A DNA stretch of 64,000 bases from an uncultured Solirubrobacterales bacterium (GCA_963776185.1 CAVZLM010000003.1:198105-262104), one strand, 5' to 3'; counted from the first letter of the stretch, positions 8,367 through 17,918 are shown. Notes: generated by a model from the letters alone, not told the origin. Program-made: numbers and translations.

Positions 8367-10405
8367 GCGTGGATGACTCCGATGGTTTCGACGTTGATTC
8401 CCGGTGCGATCTCGTTGTAGGAGCAGACAGGAAGGTGAGGCTGGGCCTGGGCGATCAGCCTACGCAAATGGCGGCGCACTCGCGCGGAGCAGAGCAGCAC
8501 CGGGCGTATGCCAAGTCCGCTCGCGTGGTCGACCTGGGCCCGCAGCGCGCTGACGATCGCCTGCGCTCGCGGCGGGTCCATCGCCAGGTACTCACCATCG
8601 GTTGTCTGGGTTATCGAGGTCGCAACCTCCTGCTCAATAGCTGGGTCCAGAGTGATCGCACGCAGGCGCAGATCCTCATCGAGATGAGGTGCCGTGATCG
8701 CACGGCCCAGCGCCTGGCGCGCGTACTCCGATAGTAGGTTCGTGTCTCGTGTTATTCGCGCCTTGTCGCCGATTGCCTCCACGATTGTGCCGAGATCGCG
8801 GATCGCCACTCCCTCTGAGAGCAGCAGTTGCAGCACGCGCTGGATCTCGCCCAGCGACAGCGCCTCGGGCACGACCTCTTCGACGACGGCGGCATTGGTC
8901 TCCTTGAGCTTGTCGAGCAGCGCCCTGACGTCTTGGCGGCTGAGCAGCTCGGCGGCATGTGAGCGGATCGTCTCGGTCAGGTGTGTGACGATCACCGACT
9001 CCGCGTCCACGACGGTGTAGCCGAGCGCCTCGGCCTCGGCGCGGGCGGACTCGTGCACCCACATCGCGGCGAGCCCGAAGGCCGGCTCGCGGGTGGGGAT
9101 TCCCTGCAGCGTGCCGCTCGCGTCGCCGGGATCCATCGCCAGCAGGTGCCCGGGCATGATCCGCCCCCGCGTCACCTCTGAGCCGCGCACCTTCAGCACG
9201 TACTCGTGCGATTCCATGCCGAGCTCGTCATGGATGCGCACCGGCGGTATGACGATGCCGAGATCTCCCGCCATCTGGCGGCGGATCATGCTCACCCTGC
9301 GCAGCAGCGAGCCGCTGGAGCCGCCGTCCACGAGCGGCACGAGACCGAACCCGATCGCGAGCTCGAGCACGTCCACCCCGACTTCCGAGAGCGGCTCGGA
9401 GACCGGCGCGGGCAGCGAGACCTTGGCGGCCGCGTCCTCGGTCGCGCTCATCCCGTTGCGCACGGCCCATCCGACGGCGCCGAAGATCCCGGCGATCAGC
9501 AGGAACGGCAGCTTCGGCAGACCGGGTATCAGCGCGAACATGCCGATCGCGCCGGCGGCCACCATCGGCGCCTTGCGCTGGGTCAGGATCTGGTGGGCTA
9601 TGTCCGAGCCGAGGTCTCGGTCTGAGGCGGCGCGCGTGACGATGATGCCGGTGGCGACCGAGATCAGCAGCGCCGGTATCTGTGCGGACAGGCCATCACC
9701 GACGGTCAGCAGCGAATACTGCTGGGTGGCTTCGCTGAAGCCGAGGTGGCGCTGCAGCACGCCGACGATGATGCCGCCGACGAGGTTGATCGCGGTGATG
9801 ATCACAGCAGCCATGGCGTCGCCTTTGACGAACTTCGAAGCGCCGTCCATGGCGCCGTAGAAGTCGGCCTCACGAGCGATTTCCGAGCGCCGCCCGCGAG
9901 CCACCTCGTCGGTGATCAGACCGGCGTTGAGATCGGCGTCGATCGCCATCTGCTTGCCCGGCATCGCATCCAGCGTGAAACGCGCGCCGACCTCCGCCAC
10001 GCGTCCGGCGCCGTTGGTGACGACGACGAACTGGATCACGACGAGGATCAGAAAGATCACCAGACCGACGACCACGTTGCCGCCGACGACGAACGACCCG
10101 AATGCCTTGACGACGCTGCCGGCGTTTCCGGTGGTGAGGATCAGGCGTGTGACCGACACGTTGATCGCCAGGCGGAACATCGTGGTCAACAGCAACAGGC
10201 TCGGGAACGACGCGAAGTCGAGCGCCTTGCCGAGATACATCGTCGCGGCCACCACGGTCAGCGCAAAGGAGATGTTGAGGGTGATGAGCAGGTCGAGCAG
10301 CGCCGCGGGCAGCGGTACCACGAGCATCGTCACGACCATCACGACGGCGACCGCGGCGAGCAGGTCGGTGTGACGCAACAGCCGCTTCAGAGTCGGGCTG
10401 TTCAC
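8363..10405 (-). CDS. flhA: Flagellar type III export gate protein FlhA
   Basis: 680 aa. The TM N-domain contains FPSLLLLTTMFRLAINVSVTRLIL and GRVAEVGARFTLDAMPGKQMAIDADL, followed by the cytoplasmic FlhAc domain. Confidence 0.97.
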   Translation of the reverse strand: MNSPTLKRLLRHTDLLAAVAVVMVVTMLVVPLPAALLDLLITLNISFALTVVAATMYLGKALDFASFPSLLLLTTMFRLAINVSVTRLILTTGNAGSVVKAFGSFVVGGNVVVGLVIFLILVVIQFVVVTNGAGRVAEVGARFTLDAMPGKQMAIDADLNAGLITDEVARGRRSEIAREADFYGAMDGASKFVKGDAMAAVIITAINLVGGIIVGVLQRHLGFSEATQQYSLLTVGDGLSAQIPALLISVATGIIVTRAASDRDLGSDIAHQILTQRKAPMVAAGAIGMFALIPGLPKLPFLLIAGIFGAVGWAVRNGMSATEDAAAKVSLPAPVSEPLSEVGVDVLELAIGFGLVPLVDGGSSGSLLRRVSMIRRQMAGDLGIVIPPVRIHDELGMESHEYVLKVRGSEVTRGRIMPGHLLAMDPGDASGTLQGIPTREPAFGLAAMWVHESARAEAEALGYTVVDAESVIVTHLTETIRSHAAELLSRQDVRALLDKLKETNAAVVEEVVPEALSLGEIQRVLQLLLSEGVAIRDLGTIVEAIGDKARITRDTNLLSEYARQALGRAITAPHLDEDLRLRAITLDPAIEQEVATSITQTTDGEYLAMDPPRAQAIVSALRAQVDHASGLGIRPVLLCSARVRRHLRRLIAQAQPHLPVCSYNEIAPGINVETIGVIHA

Positions 10406-11472
10406 GAGGCGAGCCTCCGCCGCGAAGCCAGGCCGTAGACGAAGGCCAGCACCCGCGCGACCGCTTCATACAGTTCCTGCGGGATGATCTGTCCGATCTC
10501 CGTCGAGGAGTGAAGCGAACGCGCCAGCGGCGGATCGGCGACGATCGGCACGTCGTTCTCCTCGGCCACCCGCCTGATCTGCGCGGCGATCAGGTCCTTG
10601 CCCTTGGCGATGACTTCCGGGGCGGAGCGCGAGCCGTCGTAGGAGAGCGCGACGGCGTAGTGGGTCGGGTTGGTGATGACCACGTCGGCCTCGGGTACCG
10701 CGGCCATCATGCGTACGCGGGCGGCCTGCATCTGACGGCGGCGCAGCGCCGCCTTGACCTCGCCCGAGACCCCATACTGGCGCTGCTCGTCTTTGACCTG
10801 CTGCTTGGTCATCTTCAGCTGCTGCTCGTGGCGGTGGCGCTTCCAGGCGTAGTCGAGCAGCCCGATCCCGACATAGGCGAAGGCGGTGTGCTGAGCGATG
10901 CTGAGCGCCCGTTCACCGAACAGCAGGCCGAGCGCGCTGGGAGATATGCCGACCTTGGCCGCGAGACCGGTCAGCCCGGGCAGCAGCGCCAGGCCCGCCA
11001 CAACGCCGACCACGGCGACCTTGGCAAGCGCCTTGAACGCTTCGAAGATGGTGTTTGGTCCCAGCAGGTTCTTCAACCCGGACGCCGGATTGATTCTGCG
11101 GAAGTCCGGTTTCAGCGCGTGCGTGCTCGGCCTGAAGCCGACCTGCGCGACACTCGCCAACACACCGGTGAGGATGCACGTCGCCGCGACCGGCGCGACG
11201 GCGAGCGTGATCGTCGAGAGCGCGGAGTGCATCAATTCGCCCAACCCCGCCGCGTTGGTGGCCTGTGCGGGGTGGGCGATGTCCCCGAGGATCTCGCGGA
11301 AGCTCTGGGCGCCGGCTTCCACGATCCGCGGGCCCGTGATGCTGATCGCCAGCAGACCGGCGATCAGCACGAACGAGCCGCCGAGGTCGGTGCTGCGCGC
11401 GACCTGCCCCTTCTCCCGCGCTCGTTTGCGGTGTTTGGCGGTCGGTTTCTCGGTGCGCTCGTCGGTGGCCAT
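10402..11472 (-). CDS. flhB: Flagellar export switch protein FlhB
   Basis: MATDERTEKPTAKHRKRAREKGQVARS is the N-terminus, and the autocleavage-region sequence VITNPTHYAVAL (NPTH) is present. Confidence 0.95.
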   Translation of the reverse strand: MATDERTEKPTAKHRKRAREKGQVARSTDLGGSFVLIAGLLAISITGPRIVEAGAQSFREILGDIAHPAQATNAAGLGELMHSALSTITLAVAPVAATCILTGVLASVAQVGFRPSTHALKPDFRRINPASGLKNLLGPNTIFEAFKALAKVAVVGVVAGLALLPGLTGLAAKVGISPSALGLLFGERALSIAQHTAFAYVGIGLLDYAWKRHRHEQQLKMTKQQVKDEQRQYGVSGEVKAALRRRQMQAARVRMMAAVPEADVVITNPTHYAVALSYDGSRSAPEVIAKGKDLIAAQIRRVAEENDVPIVADPPLARSLHSSTEIGQIIPQELYEAVARVLAFVYGLASRRRLAS

Positions 11473-11475
11473 CGC

Positions 11476-12255
11476 TCACGCCACATGCAGCGCGCCGAGC
11501 GCCGCACCCACGCTCACCGAGAGCTGTTCGGAGATCCAATTGGCGGCGAACGGCAGCGACGCGCCGACGACGAGCAGCGCGACGGCCACCTTCACCGGGA
11601 AGCCGACGGCGAACACGTTCAGCTGCGGCACGACGCGCGAGACGATGCCGAAAGCGACATCGGTGACCAGCAGAGCCACCAGCACCGGTGCCGCGATCTC
11701 CAGCGCCGCGGTGAATACCTGGCCGAAGACGTTCTCGGCGCCGCCCACGAGCGAGGAGATACGGGGCGCGCTGGCGAGCGGGACGAGCTGGAATGTGCGT
11801 CCCAGCCCGCGCAGCGTCCAGGCTTCCCCGCCGATCACCACGAAGATGAGCGTGCCGACGAGCGAATAGAAGCGTGCGATCACGGCGCTCTGCTCGCCGT
11901 TCATGGGATTGATCAGCTGGCCGTAGGAGAAGCCCGAGACGACGTCGATCATTGCGCCCGCCGATTCGATCGCCGCCATCAGCACCGCCAGCGCGAAGGC
12001 GAAGCCGAGTCCGACCAGCAGAGCCTCGATCACGAGCTCCGCGAGCGGGAGTGGAGCGGCCGGCACCGACTGGCCGTGCATCGCGATCGGCGTGAGACCG
12101 AGCGCGATCGCCACCGCGATGATCCCGCGCACCCGCGGCGGGATCATCGCCGAGGAGAACAGCGGGGCGATGAAGAACAGCGGCGTGACCCGCGCGAGCA
12201 CGAGGATGAAACCGGCGAGCTCGTTGCCCGCCAGCTTTGAGAGCAGTTCGCTCAC
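11476..12255 (-). CDS. fliR: Flagellar export apparatus protein FliR
   Basis: A polytopic membrane protein following fliQ. The start is placed at GTG 12255, which overlaps the fliQ stop (GTGA). The ORF-track extension to 12324 overlaps fliQ. Confidence 0.88.
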   Translation of the reverse strand: MSELLSKLAGNELAGFILVLARVTPLFFIAPLFSSAMIPPRVRGIIAVAIALGLTPIAMHGQSVPAAPLPLAELVIEALLVGLGFAFALAVLMAAIESAGAMIDVVSGFSYGQLINPMNGEQSAVIARFYSLVGTLIFVVIGGEAWTLRGLGRTFQLVPLASAPRISSLVGGAENVFGQVFTAALEIAAPVLVALLVTDVAFGIVSRVVPQLNVFAVGFPVKVAVALLVVGASLPFAANWISEQLSVSVGAALGALHVA

Positions 12256-12524
12256 GAACCGACCATCGTCGGGATCGACGTGTACAGCGCGGTCGTGTAG
12301 GACACCAACTGCCCGAGCATCCACGGCCCGAGTATGACGATGACCACGGCGATGCCGATGATCTTGGGGATCAGCGTGAGGCTCTGCTCCTGGATCTGAG
12401 TGACGGCTTGAAAGACGCTGATCACGAGGCCGACCACCAGGCCGACGAGCAGCAGCGGACCGGCGATCTTCAGTGCCAGGCTCATGGCCTGCGAGGCGAG
12501 ACTGACAACGGTGTCCTGGTTCAT
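12252..12524 (-). CDS. fliQ: Flagellar export apparatus protein FliQ
   Basis: 90 aa from ATG 12524: MNQDTVVSLASQAMSLALKIAGPLLLVGLVVGLVISVFQAVTQIQEQSLTLIPKI. Confidence 0.92.
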   Translation of the reverse strand: MNQDTVVSLASQAMSLALKIAGPLLLVGLVVGLVISVFQAVTQIQEQSLTLIPKIIGIAVVIVILGPWMLGQLVSYTTALYTSIPTMVGS

Positions 12525-12543
12525 TTCTGAGATCGGCTCCTTT

Positions 12544-13218
12544 TCAGTGGAAGCTCTGCACGAGCGCCTTGATGACCAGGTCCCAGCCGTCGACCAGGAC
12601 AAACAGCAGGATCTTGAAAGGCAGCGAGATGAACGTCGGCGGCAGCATGATCATGCCCATGCTCATCAGCGTCGCGGAGACGATCAGGTCGATGATCAGG
12701 AACGGCAGAAAGATCAAGAATCCGATCTGGAACGCCGTCTTCAGCTCCGAGACGATGAACGCCGGGATCAGCACCTCGGTCGGGACTTCCGCGCGGGTGT
12801 GCGGTTTCTTGGCATGCGCGAGATTCACGAACAGCGTGATGTCCTCGATGCGCGTCTGGCGGAACATGAATTCGCGCAGCGGCTGCTCGGCGCGCACGAG
12901 CGCGGTGGTGGTGCTGATCTTGTTCGCGCTCAGCGGTTCGACGGCGTCCTTCTTGATTGCGCTGACGGTCGGCGCCATCACGAAGATCGTCAGGAACAGC
13001 GCGATGCCCACCAGCACCTGGTTGGGCGGCGTCGTGGTGGTGCCGACGGCGGTCCTGATGAAGCCGAGGACGATCAATATCCGGCTGAAGCCGGTGACCG
13101 TGAAGAGCACCGCCGGCAGCAGCGTCAGCCCGCCGACGAGCAGCAGGATCTGGACCGCGTTGGAGGAGTTGACGCTCAGGGCCGAAGCGGCGACGATATT
13201 CAACGGCGAACCGTCCAT
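12544..13218 (-). CDS. fliP: Flagellar export apparatus protein FliP
   Basis: GFSRILIVLGFIRTAVGT...PPNQVLVGIALFLTIFVMAP...AFIVSELKTAFQIGFLIFLPFLIIDLIVSATLMSMGM is the FliP signature. Confidence 0.95.
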   Translation of the reverse strand: MDGSPLNIVAASALSVNSSNAVQILLLVGGLTLLPAVLFTVTGFSRILIVLGFIRTAVGTTTTPPNQVLVGIALFLTIFVMAPTVSAIKKDAVEPLSANKISTTTALVRAEQPLREFMFRQTRIEDITLFVNLAHAKKPHTRAEVPTEVLIPAFIVSELKTAFQIGFLIFLPFLIIDLIVSATLMSMGMIMLPPTFISLPFKILLFVLVDGWDLVIKALVQSFH

Positions 13219-13841
13219 TCGCGCAGCTTGTCGAGCACGTTCCCCGACGGTCCTGGGGCGCGCATCGGGTCGGTTCGGTAGCCCACTGCCGGGCTGTGCT
13301 CGTAGCTTTCCTCGCGCGCCGGAGACAGCAACTGGCCCGCCATCGCGACGATCCGGGAGCGTTCGGGCTGGGGCTCATCGAGTGCCAGCAGGCCCGCCTC
13401 TCGTGCCTGCTCGGCGGTGTAGCGCTGGATTGGAACCACGCCGTGCTCGGCGCTGCCAAGCAGGACATAGTCCTCGCCCACTCGCACGAGATGCACCGCT
13501 CGCCCGGTGCTGAGCGTGAGCGCCGCCACGCTCTGAAGGCCGGCGGTCGGGGTCTGTGGATCGCGGCCCGCCTTGACCTGGCGCAGAATCCAGGCGAGAC
13601 CCCAGATCACGGCGATCACGATCGCGAGGCCCACGATCGTGCGCACGATGCTCGCTCCGCCGGTGGGGCTCGCGTGCGATCCGCTCGTGACCGGAGGCAG
13701 GTTCAGCGGAGTGTTTTCGCCGCCCGGAGCCTTGGAGATAGATTTGAAAGCCGCGGCCGGGCAGGCAAAGGCAAGCAGGCAGAAGCCCGTGATCGCGACC
13801 ACCTTTGTGGACGCACGGGAAAGCGCAATCAGCTTGGTCAT
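13200..13841 (-). CDS. fliO: FliO/FliZ-like flagellar export protein
   Basis: A single central TM helix (IVGLAIVIAVIWGLAWIL) is followed by LSTGRAVHLVRVGEDYVLLGSAEHGV. It sits directly upstream of, and overlaps, fliP. Confidence 0.7.
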   Translation of the reverse strand: MTKLIALSRASTKVVAITGFCLLAFACPAAAFKSISKAPGGENTPLNLPPVTSGSHASPTGGASIVRTIVGLAIVIAVIWGLAWILRQVKAGRDPQTPTAGLQSVAALTLSTGRAVHLVRVGEDYVLLGSAEHGVVPIQRYTAEQAREAGLLALDEPQPERSRIVAMAGQLLSPAREESYEHSPAVGYRTDPMRAPGPSGNVLDKLREWTVRR

Positions 13842-13871
13842 CGGACGACTCCGAGGGAGAGTCGCCCCGGG

Positions 13872-13898
13872 TTATCGGCCCTGGAGCGGAGGTCTTGA
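13872..13898 (-). promoter_or_regulatory. Internal sigma-28-type promoter candidate upstream of fliO
   Basis: Minus strand reads TCAAGACC-N11-GCCGATAA, a perfect consensus -10. It lies in the 90-nt fliM-fliO gap, 30 nt before ATG 13841. Confidence 0.5.
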
Positions 13899-13931
13899 GG
13901 TCGATTCTGAGATCGGCCGGTTTTGGAGCCT

Positions 13932-15209
13932 CTAGATGAGCTCGCCGACCTGCACGCCCCAAGCGCCGTCCCCGGTGACGACGAGGCTGCCGCTGGCGAA
14001 ACACAGCCCGTTGACGAACAGCTCGACCGGCGCCTCGGCCGATTGATCGAGCTCCACCACGCTGCCGGGCGCGAGCTCGAGCGCGTGTCTCAGCTGGACG
14101 TGAGTTCTGCCGAGCTCGGCCCAGACCCGCACGAAGATGCTGCGCAGGATCGCCGGGCCGTCAGAGCTCTCACGCTCGGCCTCCTTCTGCGAGCGCGCGC
14201 GCTGAAGCTCGGCCCGTCCGAGCTTCGCGTAGGTGTCGGCGCGAATCGGCGGTTCGCTGGTGGACTGGAGCTTGATCGCCCGTCGCGCCCCGGAGCGCCC
14301 CGGGCGGCCGCGGCCGAGCGAGACTCCCTCGGCGAACAGCAGCACACCGTCCTCGGCGCTGCCGTCGAGTGCCACGAGGGTGCCGGGCGCGAGCTCGAGC
14401 ATCCGCTCGATTCCCATCTGGGAGGATCCGACCTCCGCCCGCAGCAGCACCCGGGCGCCGGCCAGCCCGCGGCGCAGGGCGTCGGGACCGTGAACGTCGG
14501 CGAGCAGCGGATGCCCTCCAGCGCCGCGGATGCTCTCGGCGACCGGCTCGATCGCCGCCCAGGGAATCAGCAGCGACATGCTCGAGGACTGGCCGTCGAT
14601 CTCGCTGCTCAGCGTGACTGACAGAGTCGGTTCGCCCACCGGCGTCAGTACCCCGGCGTCGCCCTCCATGTCGATCTCCCCGCGCGTGAGCTGCGGGACG
14701 CCGAGTTCACCCCACGCGCTCGAGAGCGCCCCGACGACCGCATCGAGCAGGCCCCTGGTGAGCACCCAGTCGACCTCGGTCAGGTGGCGCACGGCCGGTG
14801 CCCGAGCCGCCTCTCCGCCAAGCAGGCATTCGAGCGCCTGCAGCACGAGCGCGGGCTCGACGCTGAGCAGCATGTGCCGCTCGATCGACTCTGGCACCAC
14901 GGCTACCGCGACGGCGTCCGCCGAGAGCCGCGCCTTGGCGGCCGCCCACGTGTGCTGCTCGACGTCCGCCACCGCAAGCGTGACATCGGTGCTCAGCTCA
15001 CTCGCGAGCCAGCCTGCCAGCGCCTCGCAGAAAGGATCCAGGGCGCCGACGATCCGGCGCCGCAACTCGGTCGTGAACTTCGTCGGCTGGGAGAAGTCGA
15101 GCGTGCGGATCTGCTCGACGGCCTCGATCGAGGACTCCTCGGCGATCGCCTGCTCGGCCTCCTCCACCTCGGTCGCGTCGCTGCGCTCGTCGCTCTGGCC
15201 CACCGCCAT
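13932..15209 (-). CDS. fliM: Flagellar switch protein FliM fused to an extra FliN-like (SpoA) domain
   Basis: 426 aa from ATG 15209. The FliM N/middle region reads IRTLDFSQPTKFTTELRRRIVGALDPFCEAL. Two SpoA-like segments follow, at ~aa 253-315 (LLRAEVGSSQMGIERMLELAPGTLVALD) and ~aa 356-426 (VRVWAELGRTHVQLRHALELAPGSVVELD...VELFVNG). Confidence 0.8.
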   Translation of the reverse strand: MAVGQSDERSDATEVEEAEQAIAEESSIEAVEQIRTLDFSQPTKFTTELRRRIVGALDPFCEALAGWLASELSTDVTLAVADVEQHTWAAAKARLSADAVAVAVVPESIERHMLLSVEPALVLQALECLLGGEAARAPAVRHLTEVDWVLTRGLLDAVVGALSSAWGELGVPQLTRGEIDMEGDAGVLTPVGEPTLSVTLSSEIDGQSSSMSLLIPWAAIEPVAESIRGAGGHPLLADVHGPDALRRGLAGARVLLRAEVGSSQMGIERMLELAPGTLVALDGSAEDGVLLFAEGVSLGRGRPGRSGARRAIKLQSTSEPPIRADTYAKLGRAELQRARSQKEAERESSDGPAILRSIFVRVWAELGRTHVQLRHALELAPGSVVELDQSAEAPVELFVNGLCFASGSLVVTGDGAWGVQVGELI

Positions 15210-15216
15210 GCGCCGG

Positions 15217-15618
15217 TCAATCCTCCCCGGGATCCGGGTCCTCGCTCTGCACGGCGGCCTCCTCGACGGTCGTGGTCGCGGCACTGCGATCGGCACGGGG
15301 GAACTCGGCCTCCTGTTGGGTATCGAGAATCTCCGTGACGCGTAGACCGTACTGTTCGTCGACGACGACCACCTCACCGCGGGCGATGGGAGTGCCGTTG
15401 ACCAGCAGATCGACCGCCTCGCCGGCGAGCCGCTCGAGTGTCACGACCGAGCCGATACGCAGATCGAGTGTCTGACCGACGGTCATGTGCGTGCGGCCGA
15501 TCTCCACGCTCAGCTCCATCGGGATATCGCTGAGACGGCTGAGGTCCGCCTCTGAGCCGGGGGCCTGCGCTGCCTGAGTGGCCTGATCGAACTGCTCGTA
15601 CTCGATTGTCTCGGCCAC
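15217..15618 (-). CDS. fliN: Flagellar switch protein FliN
   Basis: It has a SpoA domain: IPMELSVEIGRTHMTVGQTLDLRIGSVVTLERLAGEAVDLLVNGTPIARGEVVVVDEQYGLRVTEI. The GTG 15618 start is preceded by AGGAGGA. Confidence 0.85.
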   Translation of the reverse strand: MAETIEYEQFDQATQAAQAPGSEADLSRLSDIPMELSVEIGRTHMTVGQTLDLRIGSVVTLERLAGEAVDLLVNGTPIARGEVVVVDEQYGLRVTEILDTQQEAEFPRADRSAATTTVEEAAVQSEDPDPGED

Positions 15619-15648
15619 GCTTCCTCCTATTGGACGGCGGATCTGGGC

Positions 15649-15676
15649 TTATCGCAGGATGAAATCTGCACCTTCC
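15649..15676 (-). promoter_or_regulatory. Weak sigma-28-like motif in the fliL-fliN gap
   Basis: Minus strand reads GGAAGGTG-N12-TGCGATAA. The spacer is off by one and the -35 is poor. Confidence 0.25.
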
Positions 15677-15698
15677 GCCGGACGGCTCGATCCTGGAC

Positions 15699-16133
15699 CT
15701 ATTGGACGGTGAAATCCGGAAACAACACTGCTTCGACTTTGATGTCGGTCTGCCGTTTGATCGCGGCCAGGATCGCGTGCTGGATAGCGTGCCGGCCGTT
15801 CTCGTTGATCAGGGTTTCGCCGCTTTGGCCTGTCACCGCGTTCGTCACGATTTCGCGGATGGCGGGTTCCTCGGAAAGCGTTCCGGCCGCGCCTTCAGAG
15901 CCCGAGGTGCTCGCGGCGGTGGCGCCGTCGCTTTGCCCGGGTGCCAGCTGGAGCGCGACCGAGAGCTTCGCGTAGCGGCCATCTGAGAGGTTGAGCAGAA
16001 ACGTCTGGGGCATCACGTAGATGGTTCCCGCGATCTTCGGCTTGACGACATTTGGTTTGGGCTTGGTCATCGTATAGCCGACGAACAACAGTATCGGAAG
16101 CACCACGATGAACATCTTCTTGTTCTTGAGCAT
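15699..16133 (-). CDS. fliL: Flagellar basal-body-associated protein FliL
   Basis: It has an N-terminal TM helix (MFIVVLPILLFVGY), then FLLNLSDGRYAKLSVALQL...IREIVTNAVTGQS...LFPDFTVQ, and it follows motB. Confidence 0.85.
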   Translation of the reverse strand: MLKNKKMFIVVLPILLFVGYTMTKPKPNVVKPKIAGTIYVMPQTFLLNLSDGRYAKLSVALQLAPGQSDGATAASTSGSEGAAGTLSEEPAIREIVTNAVTGQSGETLINENGRHAIQHAILAAIKRQTDIKVEAVLFPDFTVQ

Positions 16134-16135
16134 TG

Positions 16136-17020
16136 TCAGGGTTCACCTTCGCCTTCGGCTTCGCTTGAGTGGATCCGCCGCATGACGATCTCCACACGGC
16201 GGTTGCGCGCACGTCCGGCGGCGGTGGCGTCGCTGGCGACTGGGCGCTGATCGGCGTTGCCGGATGCCGTCAGCCTGCTCGGGGCGACCGCGTGTTCGGC
16301 GAGGAAGCGCACGACCGTGCTGGCTCGCGCGGTCGACAGCTCCCAGTTGCTCGGGTACAGCGAGCTGTGGATCGGCACGTTGTCGGTGTTGCCTTCGACG
16401 TCGATCGGGTGGGTTTCGTCGATGTTCAGCAGATTCGCGATCTCACTGAGCAGGCCGTCGGCACGGCTGTCGAGCGTCGCCTGTCCGGAGGCGAACAGGA
16501 GGTCGTCGGTGAGCACCTTGATGTCCAGGCCGCGCTTTTCGATCGTCGTCTGCACCTGCGAGGCGAAGCCGTGCTTGGCGGCGTAGAGGTCCAGCTCGTG
16601 CTTGATCTGAGCGAACTCGTTGGCCTCGCTCTGCGACGCGGCCTGCTGCGCGGCGGCCGCCGCCGCGCTCTGCGAGGTGCTCGCGCCGGTCTGCGGCCCG
16701 GCGGCGGGGCTGAGCGCCGTCACGGGCGTGACCGCCTGCATGTCGGCGCTCGAGGGCACGTGGCTTGCGTTGGCGGTCGCGCCCTGCTGCTCGAGCGCCT
16801 TGCCGCCGGGCAGGATGTTGCCCGAGAAGGCCGCCTTCAGCGAGTGCTGCAGAACCTGGTACTTGGAGATGTTGACCGAGGAGATCGAGAACAGGACCAT
16901 GAACAGCGCCATCAGCAGCGTGATCATGTCCGCGTAGGTCAGCAGCCAGCGCTCGCCTGACTCCTCGTGCTTCGCGCCGCCGCGACGGTGCCGGTGACCG
17001 CCTGCCCGGGCCATGCTCAA
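16136..17020 (-). CDS. motB: Flagellar stator protein MotB (OmpA-like C-domain)
   Basis: The plug/TM region WLLTYADMITLLMALFMVLFSIS contains the conserved Asp. The C-terminal OmpA-like domain reads GNTDNVPI...NWELSTARASTVVRFL...NRRVEIV. Confidence 0.9.
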   Translation of the reverse strand: MSMARAGGHRHRRGGAKHEESGERWLLTYADMITLLMALFMVLFSISSVNISKYQVLQHSLKAAFSGNILPGGKALEQQGATANASHVPSSADMQAVTPVTALSPAAGPQTGASTSQSAAAAAAQQAASQSEANEFAQIKHELDLYAAKHGFASQVQTTIEKRGLDIKVLTDDLLFASGQATLDSRADGLLSEIANLLNIDETHPIDVEGNTDNVPIHSSLYPSNWELSTARASTVVRFLAEHAVAPSRLTASGNADQRPVASDATAAGRARNRRVEIVMRRIHSSEAEGEGEP

Positions 17021-17823
17021 GCCGCCCTGGACTCGACGTCGAGTTGTGTCACGGACCCCTCGTCCTCGGAGGAGCGATCGGCGGGCGGCAGATAGGACAT
17101 CAGCTTTTCGGAGACCAGCCGCGGGTTGTCGCCCGCCTGGATCGAGAGGATCCCCTCGAGCGTCATCATCCGCAGCTCCACCTCTTCGGCTGAGATCGCC
17201 TTCAACCGGTTTGCGATCGGCAGGAAGATCACGTTTGCCGAACCCACGCCCATCAGGGTGGCGATGAACGCGGCGGAGATCGACGGCCCGAGCGTCGACG
17301 GCGCCGCGAGGTTCTGCAGCACGTGCACGAGGCCCAGCACCGTGCCGATGATGCCCATCGTCGGAGCGAAGCCGCCGGCCTTCTCGAACGGGCTGGCTGA
17401 GGCCTCGTGGCGCGCGGCCATCCCATCCACCTCGGCCTCGAGGATCGCGTGCACCATCTCTGGGTCGGTCCCGTCGACCACCAGTTGCAGGGCGTTGCGG
17501 GTGAACGGCTCCTCGATCTCCGAGAGCTGCGCGTCGAGCGCCAGCAGGCCCTCGCGGCGCGCCTTGTCAGCGAGCGAGACCAGTTGGTCGAGCGCTCCGC
17601 GCATGTCGGGCGCTTCGGCCGAGAAGACCATCTTGTAGAGGCTCGGCACGCGCTTCATCGACTCCATGCCGACGCTCGCCATCGTGACGCCGCCCGTGCC
17701 GCCGAGGATGATGATGAGCGCGGGGATGTTGATGAAGGAAGCGGGACTCGTCCCGTCCATCATCGAGCTCAGCAGCAGGGCACCGAAGGCCACACCTATT
17801 CCGATGGCCGTTGAAGCCTTCAT
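17017..17823 (-). CDS. motA: Flagellar stator protein MotA
   Basis: 268 aa with 4 TM helices. ...GGFAPTMGIIGTVLGLVHVLQNL...AFIATLMGVGSANVIFLPIANRL is present, and there is a 4-nt overlap with motB. Confidence 0.93.
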   Translation of the reverse strand: MKASTAIGIGVAFGALLLSSMMDGTSPASFINIPALIIILGGTGGVTMASVGMESMKRVPSLYKMVFSAEAPDMRGALDQLVSLADKARREGLLALDAQLSEIEEPFTRNALQLVVDGTDPEMVHAILEAEVDGMAARHEASASPFEKAGGFAPTMGIIGTVLGLVHVLQNLAAPSTLGPSISAAFIATLMGVGSANVIFLPIANRLKAISAEEVELRMMTLEGILSIQAGDNPRLVSEKLMSYLPPADRSSEDEGSVTQLDVESRAA

Positions 17824-17832
17824 TGTGTTCTG

Positions 17833-17859
17833 TCATCGGCGGGCGCGAAAAATCCTTCA
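17833..17859 (-). promoter_or_regulatory. Sigma-28-type promoter candidate upstream of motA
   Basis: Minus strand reads TGAAGGAT-N11-GCCGATGA. The -10 box ends 9 nt before ATG 17823. Confidence 0.45.
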
Positions 17860-17918
17860 GTCTTCGCAAGATGTTGTGCACATTGCGTCGATTTGTGCCG
17901 ATTCCCACCAACACGCTC

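Noticed and set aside
10510-12240. 576-aa plus-strand ORF
   Set aside because: It runs antisense to the well-supported flhB and fliR genes. Its translation is Arg/Asp/His/Gly-rich low complexity, typical of the open antisense frame in high-GC DNA.
13910-13936. Second GCCGATCT box in the fliM-fliO gap
   Set aside because: Its -35 position reads TCTAGAGG, a poor match. The neighbouring 13872-13898 site is much better.
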